From NCBI GenBank assembly GCA_039621445.1, contig CP154954.1, positions 29,521,411-29,585,410 of the forward strand: 64,000 bases of DNA. The letters are read 5' to 3'. Made by a program: the position numbers and the translations under genes. The notes under the pieces were generated by a model. That model saw nothing but the letters and a program-made list of their open reading frames with translations, was not told where the DNA came from and did not search any database. Positions 1 through 14,900 of the stretch are shown here, piece by piece. Numbering within the stretch: position 1 is the first letter of the stretch; each line of letters starts with the position of its first letter. Source of the stretch: Euglena gracilis (taxonomy: Eukaryota).

Positions 1-393
1 GAATGGCATGGCAATTTGAGGGATTTCGGTTTTAAGCTTTCAGTTCCAAATTTTGGCGGAAAAATTCCAACCCACTGGATTCGGGCCCCGGGCGGATATT
101 GGCCATGCTTGCTCTGGAGGTTGGGCCGACCTAGGTCGGCACGGCCCAACCATGCTGTTATCGACCTCTGGAGGTCGACAGAAATGGCCACTGCACCGCA
201 TTACCCCCCCCCTTTTCAAAGAACTGGTCGGCCCGACCTGTTGCAGTTGCCGACCATATGGTCGGCCTGACCAATTGGAGGTCGGGCCGACCATATGGTC
301 GGTAGAAATGACCTCAATGGTTTTCCTTTTCAAAAGCATCCATCCAAACCCTTGGCCAAACCCCGGAACATAAGAAGGCCATTTTCGCATATA

Positions 394-779
394 CCCTCAC
401 CCCCCCTAATTGCCCCCCCCCCCCAATTGGCTAATTGAGGGTCCCGTTGGACGGTCCATTAGCCAATTTGGGGGGGGGTCGGGCTTATTGCCCATTGGCC
501 GGGGTTATCCCCCCCTAATTGTCCCCCCCCTAATTGGCTACCACTCCCCCCCTTATTTGACCCCCCCCCTTAATTGAGCATTTGGGTCCGGGGAGGAAAT
601 TTTTTTAGGCGCCGAAGGCGCCGAAAAAATTTTTTGCCCTCTCGCAAAGCCAAATTTTCGACCCCCCCCCTTATTTGAGCATTTGGGGGGTCCCTTAGCC
701 CGTGGGTGTGCTCAAATAAGGGGGGGGTAATTGGGGGTCCGAAGGAGCCCGGCCATTAGCCAAATAGGGGGGGTGAGGG
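394..779. mobile_element. MITE with TA target duplication (Tc1/mariner-like)
   Basis: TA-CCCTCACCCCCC...GGGGGGTGAGGG-TA. Its interior resembles the TA-flanked element at 19142-19349. Confidence 0.6.
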
Positions 780-1475
780 TACCCATAAGCTAGGGGGCAT
801 TGCAAAACAATTCCTGGTGGCGTTAACCCGTGGCCAAAAAGAATTTCTGACGTTATTTGAAGGGTTATATGAGTTGGGTTAGGGTTATGATTCTTATGCA
901 AACAGCAGAACATTTCCTGCTCAACGTTGTTAGATTGGTCTCTACAAGGTTCCCAGCAATCCCAAAGAGCCGCCCAACTTGGGTTAAAAACATGGGGGGA
1001 CCTGAGCGAGGCGCCAGCAAGGGTCCCCCCATGTGCATTAACCCCAGTTGGGCGGCTCTTTGGGGTAGCTGGTACCGTGTAGGAGCCAATTTATCCCGTT
1101 TCTGAACAGCCGGCTGCAGCCCTCAAAAAATTTTCAGGCTTCAAAAAGAGGCACTTGCCAATGGAGCCCTGGATTCGGGCTTTCTTGCCTGTTTTCGAGG
1201 TGCCAGCCCGGTTCAGCTGCCAGTAGACCCCTTTTCCAGCCAGCACCTTTTTTCCCCTAGCGGTAACCCCCCCAGGGTCTTTAAGGAAACCCCTGGACTG
1301 AACCATTATTTCCAGAGTGGAAGTGTTGATTTTTGAGTCATTTTGGTCCCGGTGGCCAGAGACCGACCCTGGAGGGGTTGGGGAGTTGGGTGATTGGTTT
1401 TCCAGATCCCCCCCCCCGGGGGGGTGTTGCTGAGCAACGGTATAATTCTGATTAAGGATGTCAAGAATAAAACAA

Positions 1476-1951
1476 CCTGTTTGTACCCGCCCCCCCCCCC
1501 TTGTCCCCTTGTCCACCGACCACCCCTACATACCGACCACCCCCCGGTCGGGGGTTGCAGGTTGGGGGGGGGGTGTACGACCACCCCCGGTCGGGGGTTG
1601 CAGGTGACCACCAAAATGTTTTTACCTCTCATGTGCTTGTCGACCAGCTTTTTTCCCGTGTTTCCTGTCCATTGAGTGTTCCTCGTGTTCCCTCCGGGGA
1701 GTCCTGTTTTGTTTGAGCATAGCACCTCTGTTGTTGCTATGGTTATTGGTCCCTTACCTCATGGGGAGAAATATTACCGTTATGAAATTGCACCTTTTTT
1801 TGGCTTTTGGTTTTGTTTTGGCCCTAGTGGTACGACCACCCCCGGTCGGGGGTTGCAGGTTGGGGGGGGGTGTACGACCCCCCCCCCCCGGTCGGGGGTC
1901 GTAGGAACCCGGTCGTTGGACAAGGGGGGGGGGGGGGCGGGTACAACAAGG
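1476..1951. mobile_element. MITE with ~30-bp TIRs and possible 3-bp TSD (CAA)
   Basis: CCTGTTTGTACCCGCCCCCCCCCCCTTGTCC ... GGACAAGGGGGGGGGGGGGCGGGTACAACAAGG, with caa on both sides. Confidence 0.55.
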
Positions 1952-2921
1952 CAATGGTTTTGCCAAATAAAAGTTTCATGCATGCTTTTTTGTTGGTTTT
2001 GGGGGGTTAAACATGTTTCTCAGTCTGAAGTGTTTGTTTTGAACAACATCTTTGGCCCTGACCCCCAAGGGTGCATGGAGAGAGCCAGGGTGGTCTATAC
2101 GGGACGGGATTTTTCTTTTTTTTTCCTGTTCAGGACGGCCCTGAAGCCCTCAGGCCTAAGAGTCTGTCTGCCAAGGGCAGAACTGGGGGGCGTGAACCGG
2201 GTCGGGAGGAGCCCAGGTAACCGCGGTGTAACCGCAGTGAGAACAAGAGCAAAGGTATCAGTATCAGTCCAATGCTTCATGACAAGGGGGTTGGAGGGGG
2301 GGGAAGCCCCCCCCCCCCAAATGAGACCCGGGATTTTTTGGGTCCGTTACTTGAAAACTGCAGGGGTTCTTATTTTTGGGGGATCTTATTTTTGGATTTT
2401 TTTTTGACCAACCTGGACCCAAAGACATCATTTTCCAGGTTCCCAAAAAAAACCAAAAGTATTTCTTCGACGCTTCGCGATACGCGTAAATTGGTTCAAT
2501 TCATCTTTTAGCCTGTTTTTGGAACTCAAATATCCCAAATTGTTGACAGGTGGAATCCAAACCAAGATCATCGTGTGAATTGAAAGAGAATTTTGACCTC
2601 CATTACCTTGCGGTTACACCGCGGTGTGACCGCGGTGCAACCGCGGTGATAACCGCGGTGTGGGCTCCTCCTCAAAAACAAAAAGGTCGAAACATGCATT
2701 TTTCGACCTTTTGGGTGGATGGGCGATGGTCCAAGGATGCCGGAAATCACATTTTCTGCCGAATTCGAGCCGCTTTTGCCAAAATTTGGCTCTTTTTTGC
2801 CCATTCTTCCTCTGGGGTTTCATTGAATGTGCTGGGACAGCAGATTTATTTTATTCTTTTTATCTTCCCCCTGGCGAGAGCACAGGAGGTAACAGTTCCT
2901 CTCATCGGAAGCCCTGTGACA

Positions 2922-5900
2922 GATGTCAAGGTGACCATCCATGATATCAATCAGGCGCGGATTGATGCCTGGAACTCAGACCAACTTCCAATCTATGAAC
3001 CGGGACTGGAGGAGATTGTAAAGCAGCAGCGTGGCAAGAACCTTTTCTTCACCACCAGCTTCGATGAGGAACTCCAAGAAGCGGATATTGTGTTTATGTC
3101 TGTGAACACATTCAGGGAGTGGCATTAATGGGAGAAGAATGCTGGAATGATTGTGAAAGAAGTGTGACTAAACCCCCCCCCCCCGATGGTGGAGGGTGAT
3201 GTGGGCTTTTTGGGAATCCCCCCACAAGTCACACGGAGAGTCGGCAGGGGGGGTTGGGGTGGTGTACATGCCACTGGGACGGTGTTGCCAACAGGTAAAT
3301 GCCGCTGTGTAAACCCTGTCAGGTGCATGTGCATGATGGTGTGTGTGGCAAACCCCGAACTGCCCCAAGAGAACGCTGGAACAAAGAACAACTGAACAGT
3401 GTTTTTTCCAGTCTGGCCGAATACAGACAAGCTGTGGGCAACCACATTTTGGTGAAAAGACTCCGATGGGTGGTGGTGGTATTGCAATTTTCTCTCTCGG
3501 TAGGGTCAAGGGTAAGCTTCTGTAAAGGCCCCAAAAATTAAAAAAAATTGCAAAAAAATTGTAAAGAAAATGGTGGCCTGGATGAGATAATGATTCAAAA
3601 AAGAACCTGGATTCTGGGATGGAAAGCCGCAAAATATTATGGTGTGGGACAGTGGGATCTGCCTACAAGCCTCAGGTAACCAAAAGTCAGGATTACATTT
3701 TCTGGGACCGAAGAAATCACATACCCCCTTCCCCCCCTTGTCCAAGACACAGCGTGTCGTTGACACCCCCCCCCTGTCAACGACTCTTTTCTGGAGCACA
3801 TTTTTTCTCTTGTATTTTTTTTAAAGGATATTCAGCCAAGTCATTTGAAAATTGTGTCACATCTCCTTGCCATTTCTTTATTTGTTTTCCCCTATGAATT
3901 TGGTGATTTGGTGCAATATGAGGGGTCAAATGGTGCAATTTGTGGAGGACATGGTCATTGGGCCATCAAAAAGTTCGTTGTCATTGTCCGCGCTGTTGAC
4001 AGAGCTTGTCGTTGACATCCCCCCATGTCAACAGCACTTTCCTGGTGCGTGCCTTGGCCAAGGGGAGGGGAGGTGGGTACCTTGTGAAAATGGCCGAAGG
4101 CCATGCCGCAGGCAACAGCCCTTCATTGAAGAGAGCACCATCAGAGACCATGGCAGATTAACGGTCCCCCACTAGGGCGCCAATTTTTGCAATGGGTCGA
4201 AAATTAAGCAGCAGTCAAAAAACGCATTTTCTCAGACCACAATCTCAGAACACAAGAGAAAGTTGGTCGATTTTGGGGAGCAATTTCAGGCATACTTGGA
4301 CCCCCATCCAAGTCTGGTAATTCTTCATTCAATTCAACCTTGCATTTGGGGGGGGTTGCGATATTTTGCGAGATATTGCACCGTCTTGCGATATTGGCGA
4401 TATTTTCGATATTTGCGATGTTATTGCTGATACCGCGATATATTGCGGTTATTTTTTTAAGCCCCCCCCCCCCCCGGGAAAATGTTAGTCACAACCTTGG
4501 CCAGCGGAATTCAGCCTTTCGCCATTCACCCTAATAGAGAACCCTCCAAAACAGTAAGTGCCCTCGGTTACTAGAATTTCCAGTGCCTCATTGGTGACAC
4601 CCCAAGATTCCTCTTCAATGGGATCCACCACAATGTCATCTTCATCGTCAGAGTCAACTAAAATCTGTTGACAGTACAAAAAGAACGGTGCAAAATTTGT
4701 CAAATACCCTGCGGGGGGGGGGGTCTGAGGGCAACCGCGCGGGCGGTGTTCGGCCCAAAGGGGGGGATGGGGGTGCGGGGAGAGGGGGGGGGGAGGGGGG
4801 TCGGGTGAGGAACGGGGTTTGCGTCATGCGTGACTTGTGTGACGTCATTCTTTCCTCTAATTTTAAAACCCAATCAGGAATTTGCGTGCCATTTGGGTCC
4901 AAAAATAGGTCCAATTGGGAATTTGGGACAAATTATTCATACTTTTGATTCCTAACTGAGTGGCAAATTCCTAGTTAATCCGAATTTTTTGTACTTTTTT
5001 TGAATCCAGAATTGGGTTCAGAGTGGGGTCGGGGGGGGGTCGCGGAGGAAACGCCCAAAATAGGGCCTTGCCCCATCCACCCATCCAGGTGCGCCGACCC
5101 CGCCCCCGACATTTTGAGGAGAGGGTGAGGAGGAGACACATGGGTGCAACCTCATGGAAACCTCTGGACTGATTATGCATATTATGCACTGAACAAACAC
5201 TGTTATGCACTGTTTTCTTCAAATTTAAGGTTTAATTTCTTTAAATTAAGGTTCACCTTTTTTTCATTTTAAATTGTAGCTTTGGTACAAACATTGAAAT
5301 TTCATTTCACACCGCTCATGGAGGTGGTCACCCCTGCATGTTCCTCCAACAACTGTGGGCAAACCAAATCCCAAAAAAAAATGAAAAAAATGGCATATGA
5401 ACCAGAGAAAAGAAAAAGCACAAAACCGAAAAAAAAATCAAAAATTAAAATCAATATTCATGCATACAATCTTGGGCATTGGTGAAATTTGTGCAGCAGA
5501 AAGTTGGTGGATTCCTGCCAGGCTTCTTTTTGTTTCGGAAAGTTGCACCCCCCGGGGGGTTGTGGGCCGGCAGGAGGGTAGGGCACCTTCAACCCCCCCC
5601 CCCCCCGGGAGCCGGTTTCGGGGTGGGTAGTGCTAAAATGGCCGTTTTCAAGGGAAATTTGCCTGTGTCAGCAGGCACCACATGCCGAAACCGACCCCCC
5701 CCCTGGGGTGGGGGGGGTGCTGCTGTGGACAGCAGGCACCATAGCACACGGCACCCCCCCCCCCGGGGTTGGTAGAAAGAAGCCTGATCCCTGCTCACAC
5801 CCACCAAGTTGCATGGGATTGGCAAAGGGCGAGCAGCAGATCTGAAGTACATTGAAGGTGCTGCCCGTCGTATTGCAACGATCAAGGATGGTTCAGCCAC

Positions 5901-8900
5901 ACAGTGTGGCGACCTGGAATTGATCCTGGTCTGAAGTGGATCCATTTTTTAAACAAGCAAGTGACCAAATTTGCACACCCTCTTTGCATGAAACCCTGGG
6001 GGTCTACATTGTCCAAATATTTACTGGCCCCCAACGATTTTGTTGACCTTCCAGCTTTTCAAAAAAAACATGTTTTTTGAACCTTGAAAAAGAAAAGTGT
6101 AAAATGTCGTGGTTTGAAAATCTTCTTTTTGCTTCTTTTTTTTAAAGAAGAAGCCAAAATGTGGCACGCAGCTTCGCTTGTCCAACCTCCCCCCCCCCAG
6201 GGAAATTGCCCTCCCTGGGAAACTGTTATTTAAACCCCGTACTCGCCAAACTGTCACCGAATTTTTTCCCAGAAATTTTGACGCTTTCTCACGGAAGGTG
6301 AAAGATTGAGTGGACCTCATGCATAGAATTTGACCACGGAAATTTGAAGGGAAATCGCATCTTTTGGACTTCTGGGTCAGTGGGGGATTTAAAAAATTCT
6401 CCTTTTTACTTCTGACCTCCCCCGTGAAACTGTTACTTACCTCCGTATTTGCTGACAGTTTCCCGGGGGGATAGATGCCCAAGAGGTTATTATTGGGTTA
6501 TTTTTTTCCTCCAGTGCTTTGCAGAGAGTATTTTAGACATATTTTGCACAGCATTGCCCCAAGCCACACGTTTGACCAATTGGGGCAGGGGATTCTTTCC
6601 CCTGTTACGTACAGCGTGGTACGCTATATGCCTGACAAAATCAGTAACTCCTTTCAAGAGGGGAGGCAAGCTTGGAAGGACACCAGGGGTTTTTTTTAGT
6701 TGTGGACCCCCGGGGGGGGGGGGGGGGGGGGGGGCCCGGCCGAGCCCCCAGGGGGGGATATACTTTTTGGCGCCAAAGGCGCCAAACATATTTGAAAAGG
6801 TGCTATTTTTAGCACTTTTTGCGATTTTTGGCCATTTTTTGTGGGTCCCCCAGGACCCCCCAGGGGGGGTGGGGGGGGGGTGGGGGCGCCCCCCCCCCCC
6901 GGTCTTAAATAAATCCCCTGAAGGACACCCCTCTCTGCGGGAGGGGGTTGGGTGGGTGGGGGCCATACCATTGCCAAGGGTGTGCTCCCCCCCCACCGGC
7001 CGGGGGGTGACTGACTGGTTTTTTCGGAGTGACTGGCTAGTTTTTGGCTCCTGTGGGGGGAGGTCAGTGCAGAACGGAAATCGGCCGAACAGCCAGGGTG
7101 GTGGGTGGGTGGGGTCGACCACCCCCTCCCCCCACACCCTGCATGGTGGGTGAGGGGGGGGGGGGGGCGACCCCCCCCCACCACCTCTTCCCGTATTTCC
7201 GGGAGCACCAATTTTTGGACCGGAAAAAAATTTTTCGCCGCCGGGTGTTTTTTTTATCCATTTTGGGACCAATATAGGAGGTCCCCACCCAAAAACCACC
7301 CAAACCCCCATTTTTTCACACCTTCCAAAAATTCAACATTTTCTGAAAATGTTGATTTTGAGAGGTTTTTGAAGCAAAAAATGCCATTGAAAGGTCAAAA
7401 AATTTCAACGAGAAAAAATGTCAGTAAAATTTGACTGTGCCAAAATTTTGTCCACTTTTTTTGACCTTCGTTTTTTTCACCCCCCTCCTAAAAACTACCA
7501 ATTTTTAACCTTAAATTTTTGAGATTTTTTGTGAAAAAAAATGTGGTTTTCCATCATAAAAATCATATGTTTTGGGTTCATTTTTCAAAAAAAAATCAAA
7601 AATCTTCCCGTCCAATATCCCCGTTTTCCTGAAATCGGTGAAAATGCTGTGGTGGGTGGGGGGGTCGACCCCCCCCCCCCCCACCAGGCCTTCCCATTCT
7701 GCCCTGCGGTGGTTGGCCAGGATTGGCCGACGTGGCCACCTGGCGCCAAAGGCGCCGGAAATTTCTTTTTTGACCAAAAATGTTTTGATTTTTGGCCAAT
7801 TTTGGCCGAGTAGCCAAAGTGACCAACCCCCTTCCCCAGGAAGGAGGTGGGAAGTGGGTGACTGGTTTTTGAAAAGTGACAGATTGGTTTTTTGAAAGTG
7901 GACCAGGGCGGGGGGTCGGTAAACAATGGTATGGTCCGGTCCCTTTTGTGGGGGGGGTGTCCCTGCGGAAGCTTGGGCATAGGTTCCAGAGAGAAGCACC
8001 AGAAAAATGTGGGCAAGGCGGTCCCCTGCTGGGCTGGGTGGGGGGTCTTTAAAAGAAGCCGGGAGAGCAGTGCAAGTGGTCAGCAATCCATGGCCCCTCC
8101 GAAGGGAGGATTTTTATGCAGAAAAAATCCTCCTTGCAAGGACTGTGAAGTCTGGCAACAAGGTGGTTGTGGAGAAGTCCACGGTGCCTGTTCGCTGCAG
8201 CGTTGCCATTGAGCGAGTCTTGAAGGCATGCAGTGCTGATCAGGGTTTGACGTAAGGAGGTCGACCGCGCACCGTTTTGAACAATAGCCTTTTGTAACGA
8301 TCCCCCCACTTTGCGCCTATTGCATGCAAGAAGCTCTGGGAGTGTGGAAGCTGAGTCACATGAAAATGAAATGCGAGCGGATGGACTGCTTCTAAGCAGA
8401 GGAGGGCACCATAAGGAACCTCCATGACTTTTCTTTTGATGATTGCCTCAAAAAACCCCTATCTGCGATCCACATAGGTGCGTGCTCCACTCTGGCAACG
8501 ACCCTCTCTGATTCAACCCCCCCCCCATTCCTGACGACCCACAACGACCCATTGTTGTAATCATTGGTTATACTCTTTTCACATGTTTTGGGCATTAGAA
8601 ATGCTCTCCACTTTCCTTGATCGCCCCTCTTTCCCAAATCATGTGTCAAGTCCAACAAAAATCACGAATATTGAGAACCAAACCTGGATTTTGAAAGCAG
8701 GTTGGCAAATTTAGCAGCACATCACTCCAGAATTAGGATTATGAAAATTATGGCAAAGAAGCATCTGGAAATTTTCTGGGTGTTTTACCAAAACACCCAG
8801 AAAATTTGTTTGTTGTAATTTGTTGCCCTACACCCAGGGAGTTGAGTTACCCCATCCATTGGCCATGGGTTTGCTCCATTGTGTCACTGTTGTGTGCCGC

Positions 8901-11900
8901 TGATGGGGTGTTTGACTCCCAAATTATGTTCTTGTCGATCCCTGGTGCTGACACCTCTGCCACATTTGAAGTACTGTCAAACCCAGAACACACCAGTACT
9001 CCCATTTTTTTTCGCCACCATTTTTCACCGGTCATCCGTTTCTCAAAAGTTGGTTCATGACAATACTGGTCCATTTTTTATCCCACCGAGGGATGCCTTG
9101 TCAGAGTCAACACACCACATCGGTGTCATCAGTCTGAGTGCTGACGTGCTGGCGAGTTTCTTGCCGAGGGGACAGCCATTGAGGATCTTCTGAAACCCGA
9201 CCGTGTGTTGATCAGGCATTATTTTGCATATATCTTTTACGTATGCTATATAATATACATATATATATATATATCATGTATTATATATGCTTATTTTAGG
9301 GTCAAATTTTTTCCAACACTTTTAGGCATTCTAAGGAATTTTAAGGCACAATTTTCCAGGGTGGTCCATGGGCGATCCGGGCATCGAACCAACGTTTTTG
9401 ATTTCGCACGTGGTCCAAAATCAAGGAAAGTCGAAAAACGCAGTTTTTGAGTTTTGGTTGGATAGACAATGTTTCAGCGATGCCAGAGATCATTTTTCAT
9501 CCCGAAGTCGGCCTGTTTTTGCCGAGATTTTGCGTTTCATTTTTGCTTGGTCGGAGAAGATTCTGCTGGTCTCATTTCTTAAGGCGTTTTAACGCATTTT
9601 AAGGCATTCTGGCCAAAATTTAAGGTGTATATTTAAAGTATTTTAAGGTTTTTTTTCAAGGCACCTTTAATGATGATAATAATTATAATAATGCCTGGCG
9701 CTGATCGGTGGGTCTCAAACACCCAGCGGGCAGAAGGCCTGTGAGCTTCTCTGCTCTGTCTATGCACGATGGGTGCCGCACAGCTGATTTTGGTTGCACA
9801 TAGTTTCATTTCAACTTCCATTTCCATCCATTGATGGTTTCCAGTTTGTGTGTTTCTTTGAGCCCAGGTCCCCTTTTTTGTGTTGGTTTTTGGACAGCTC
9901 ATTGTGAATCCTTGTTTATTTTTGCCTTTTTAACAGCTCCCAAAAATCCTAAAAAACCAAATATATATATATTTTTCCTGGACACCCAACATGTTTAAAC
10001 AAAAAAAAAATCTTGTGATGGATGTTTGCACTGCTCAAAAAACGAAAGGTTTTTTTTTGAGAAATTGCATGAACATATTTTCTGCATTTCAACACGTTTT
10101 CAACAAAAATCCTCCAAGGCGGATGATAATTGGGTAAAGGTTTTCAAAAAGTTAACTCCAAATGTTGAATGGTTCTGTTTTTTAATTCTTTTTTCTGTTA
10201 ATCTTTTTGTCAACCTTGTTTTGCTCAATTTTGGAGAAGATTGGAACAAAATGAGTATGATTTTTGAAGAAAAAAAGACAATTCTCAGAGACATTTTAAA
10301 TGGACACAAGAGGACAACTTTTTGCAAGGATGCTTTTGCTGTCTGCAGTGTAATTACGCGGGAAAAATTTCTGCCCGGTGCTTCGTGCTCTTGCTGGAAA
10401 GGCGGTAATTCGGACCCTCCACAAAAACAGTGGGGGCAATGCCTGGAGGGGGGGGGGGTTCCCCCCAGTGCCTGCCATTATATCAAACCCGGGAGGGGAG
10501 CTCCGTTCGTGGTGGCACACCCTGCTGCAGCCCTGCCCAGGGATAGTTGGGAAGCCCTTTGGTTTTGAGGTAGGTGGTTGGGGGGTTTGGACCCCCCCCC
10601 GTTGTTGGAGGGGTGTGCAGCAGGTTCCAAAAAATAGCTGTTTTCCTTCCGGCACTGCACTGGAAAGTGAATAATTTTCACCTTCTTCCTCACTTTTGAG
10701 CATATTGCCCACCCATTTTGGGATGTTTTGATGTCTTCCACATAAAAAAACGGTCAAAAAGTATTTTTTGGGGGTTTGGTCTATTTTCAAATGGAATCAG
10801 GGATTTTCCAACAATTTTGGACTGGTATCCGGACGTGGACCCGGCCACAAACTGAAAAAAAAATTGGTCCTATTTCAGTGACGAGGTTGGAGGGAGGGAG
10901 TCCGACCCCCCCCCCCGCCCCTCAAGGCCTCCCATGTCCCTGGCCCTGCCCCTGACAATCTGATGATGATGGCCGGGATTTTTCATTTTGCAATTCTGGT
11001 CCTGAGTGGGCGCGCCAGTCCCCCTCCCCCCAAGGTCAGCTGCCTCTGCGGGAGCGGATCCTGACCACCAACCAGTGGTCCAGCGAGCTCAGCAAGCTCA
11101 CCGCCAACGCGTTTCTGGCGCAGCGCATCTCCTCCATCAACTCCATCTCCGCCGTCTGCGAGGCCACTGGGGCGGACATCGACGAGGTCGCGTTCGCCAT
11201 CGGCCGGGACTCTCGCATTGGCCCCAACCGGGCCGATACTGTCGATACAACACAACACAACACAAGGCAACTCAACCCAAAACACCACACCACACCACAC
11301 CACACCACATTACAACACAGCACAGCACAGCACACACACCTGTCCAAGTGGGTTGAAGCCAATTTCCCTGGTAGGTAGGGCCATTCGTTGGGGATTGCCA
11401 AGGTTGCCAGCGTTGCCCAGGTTGGGGCAATGCTGGCCTTTGTATCGGGCAGTGGTGGCCCTATGGGAGTTGGTGAAAAAACACCTCTCCCTCCAGCGGT
11501 GTGCAGGTTTTTTTTGTTCAAACCGCGCCGTCGTTTTGTTGGTTTGTGTTGCACAAAAAAGGGCGTTCACACCAGAGTTGCAACACATTTGCCACAGGAG
11601 ACAGGATTACCCAACAAATTAAAATTTTAAAAGCTCCGGGGTTTACTTCTTAAAAAAGTGACGGGCCCACCCCAAAATCCCAGTGACTGCTGTCTGAAAC
11701 GTTGTCATGGACAGGCACCCAGAAGCCAGAAACCCCGGATCTTAACACAGGACCTGCCTGGCCGGAAGTTTCTCAAGGCGTCCGTTGGATTCGGTGGCTC
11801 CTGCTTTCAGAAGGACATCCTGAACCTGGTCTACCTATCCAATTCTTTGGGGCTGCACGAGGTGGGGGATTATTGGTACAGCGTGGTGACCACCCCTTCG

Positions 11901-14900
11901 CTGAGACATTTTTTCACTGCACTGGCAATTGCCAGGAATTCCTTCGCCAGCCAGATCCTCCAACAACATGGCCGTCAACAATTCTAGAAAATTGAATTTT
12001 CTTCTTCCCATCAGGCTTTTCTTTTTAAGTGAGGTGCCGACCCCACGGGGGGGGTGGGGGATGGGGGGGGGTTGCTGGTGCAGGCACCAGGCTTGTGCTT
12101 AGTCGGGTGCCTACCCCACGGGGGGGGGTGCTAGGGGCAGGCACCCCATAGCACCCGAGCCGACCCCCCCCGGGGGGGGGGGTAGGGTTTTGGGGGGTGC
12201 CTGCCCCTAGCAGGCACCCCCCTCCGACCCCGGCGCCTTCGGTGCCGGGGGCCCGGAAAAGGCCATTTTCAATGAAAATTTTCTGGGTCCCCCGGACCCC
12301 TACCCCCCCCGGGGGGGGGGGCCTGCTAGGGGCAGGAACGCTAAACCCCCCCCCCCCCCCCCCCCCGGTTGGTAAGCACAAGCATGGCAGGCACCAAATA
12401 GCACCCATAGGGGGGTCCCCCCTCCGACCCCAGCGCCGAAGGCATCGGGGGCCCGGAAAAGGCCATTTTCAATGAAAATTTTCTGGGTCCCCCCCCCGCA
12501 CCCCACCCTATAGCACCCCCCCCTCCCTCTGGTCGGTAAGAAATAGTCTGCTTCCCATTTTTCAACCTTTTTCCCCACAGCACAAAGTTGTCCAGGAGTT
12601 TTGAGCCTTTTTGAAACGGATCGAAAGTGCACCGAGTTCCACTTCCTGTTTCAGCGCAGGAGTGGAAGCAGCGATGAATGACTATCAACGCCGGCGCTTT
12701 GTGGAGATGATCGTGCGGACCATGTTTGACACAGTGACCAACAAGAAGATTGCAGTGTTGGGCTTTGCCTTCAAGAAGGACACGGGCGATACGCGGGAGA
12801 GCTCCGCCATTCCAGTGTGCAGCTCGCTCCTGGATGACGGAGCACTGGTCCACTGCTACGCCCAGGGACACGGTGCCAAGTTGTGTCACCACCTGTTTTT
12901 TTTGTTATTCCGAAGATGCTTTTTAAACCCCCCCCCTGCCCACCAACCCCCCTGTATACTGACCACCCCTGGTCGGGATTGCAGGTCAGGGGGTGCGTGC
13001 GACACCCACCCCCTGGCCAGGGGTTTGGGTTACCTAAAAAAAAAAAGCTTTACAGAAGCAGGGGTTTTGGCACTTTGGTTGTATGACCATCCCCCAGCAG
13101 GAGATTGCAGATATGGGGGTGTGTGTGACCACGGTCGGTCGGTAAGGGGCTGGTGGCAGGTTGCAAATTCTGCAAAAATTCGGCACCTTCGCTGACAGGT
13201 CGTTTCCTCTGGGGGATATTCTTTGTCATTGGACCTGTCAGTGGACCCGGGGGGGGGGGGGGCTCCAGTTGGCCAGCACCCTTTTCCCAGACCATCTCAT
13301 CAACAAGTTTTATTTGTTTTCCAGGGACTTCGATTTTTTGATTCCACCCCAGCCGAACCCAGTTCCAACCGGGGGACCCCAAGGGGGTCAACCGGTAGCC
13401 TTTTCCAACCGGCGTGGGAACTCTTTTGCTCATTGGAAGCAAAAACACGAGGACAAAAAAAATCTGGCTCCGGCGATTCTCTGACTCACTTTTGTATATT
13501 TTGGCCCATTTTGCACCTCCAAAAGCAAAAAAAACTACGTTCCGAGAGGAAAAATTTTATTGGGGGTTGGGGCAAAAAAAAAGAATCTTTTTTTGGGGGA
13601 CTGGGGGAGGGCAGAGACTGCCAAAATTGTTTTTCCCTGTTGTTTCCTTTTCTTGTTGGAGGTGTGGGGATGAAAAAAATAAAATGAAATTCTTCCTCTT
13701 TTTGGGCATTGGTGTAGGGGTGGGGAGGAGTGTGGGGAGTGCAGGGGGGGGGGTGTTGGCGGTCAACCTGCCAAAGAATTTTTTTTCTTTTTCAGATGTA
13801 GCTCGCATTCAATATTGGTTACCTGTGAGGAGGCTCTGCAGAGCCTCCGCGGAGGCACCCAGGCAACCAGCCTCTGCTGAGGCTCAGGTAACCAGCCTCA
13901 GAGATTTGGGTAACCAAAAGTCAGGATTCCACACAGGGGTTTTTTTAGTCGTGGACCCCCGGGGGGGGAGGGGGGGTAGGGTGGGTGGGTCCAGCCCCGG
14001 GGGGGGGGGGCCCCCTGGAGGGGGGGGGGGTTTCCTTTTCGGCTCCGAAGGTGCAGAAATTTTTTGAAAAGGTGCTATTTTAGCACTTCTCGCGATTTTT
14101 CGGCCATTTTTTTGTGGGTCCCCCCCCCCCGACCCCCCCCCCCCCCCCCGGGGGCCCCCCCCAGGGGGGTGGGGACCCCGCCCTCGGTCTTAAAAATCCC
14201 CTGATTCCACACTTGCACGGGCCCCTGCTGGCCTCCCCCTCTTTGGCTGAATTGACGCCCTAATTGCAATAGAGTCCCTGACCCTATTCCTTCAATTAAC
14301 CACAAATACATTTGATTTTGGGACTTTTTGTTCATACAATCACAATTTTGATGCAATACAAACTTTGGCCAAAGGTGGTTCTGAAACCTAAACATAGAGG
14401 TCGCATGGGCCCACCAAAGGGTCGGGCCGACCTCTGGATGAAAATCTTTTAAAGGGGGGGGTGATGCAATGGCTTGGCCATGGTTGACCATGGCAGGAAG
14501 CCCCCCCCCCCCCCGATAGAAGCGCGGGGCTGCTACAAGCGCAGGGTAAATAAAGGACAATCCAAATCCAAATACACTCACCGCTGCCGAAGGTGGCGGT
14601 CCACTACAAACACACCCCCATTTGATGAGATTTTGAAAGGAGATCAACAAAAATTGCAGCCAGGGTCCAAATAGAAGCGCACCTAGGCTTCCATTGGGGG
14701 ATGGGTTTATCCTAGTTGAGTGACTCTTGGACCCTGTTGGCCAATCAAACAACGCTTCAACTGCTGCATTGGAATCAGGGCGTCGCTTGATGACCCCCTC
14801 CCCCCCGGAGTCCAGCTCAGAGGCTGGAAAACTTGGACTGGCTGGAAATAGGCTGCTGGCTGACCTCTAAGGGTACTGGAATTGGGTCCATCCTGGGGTC

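Noticed and set aside
872-887. Telomere-like ttgggttagggtta
   Set aside because: Only about two units; expected by chance.
4485-4703. Acidic peptide [21 protein letters not shown] on the minus strand within intron 2
   Set aside because: It may be a captured exon or transposase scrap, but it is too short to identify.
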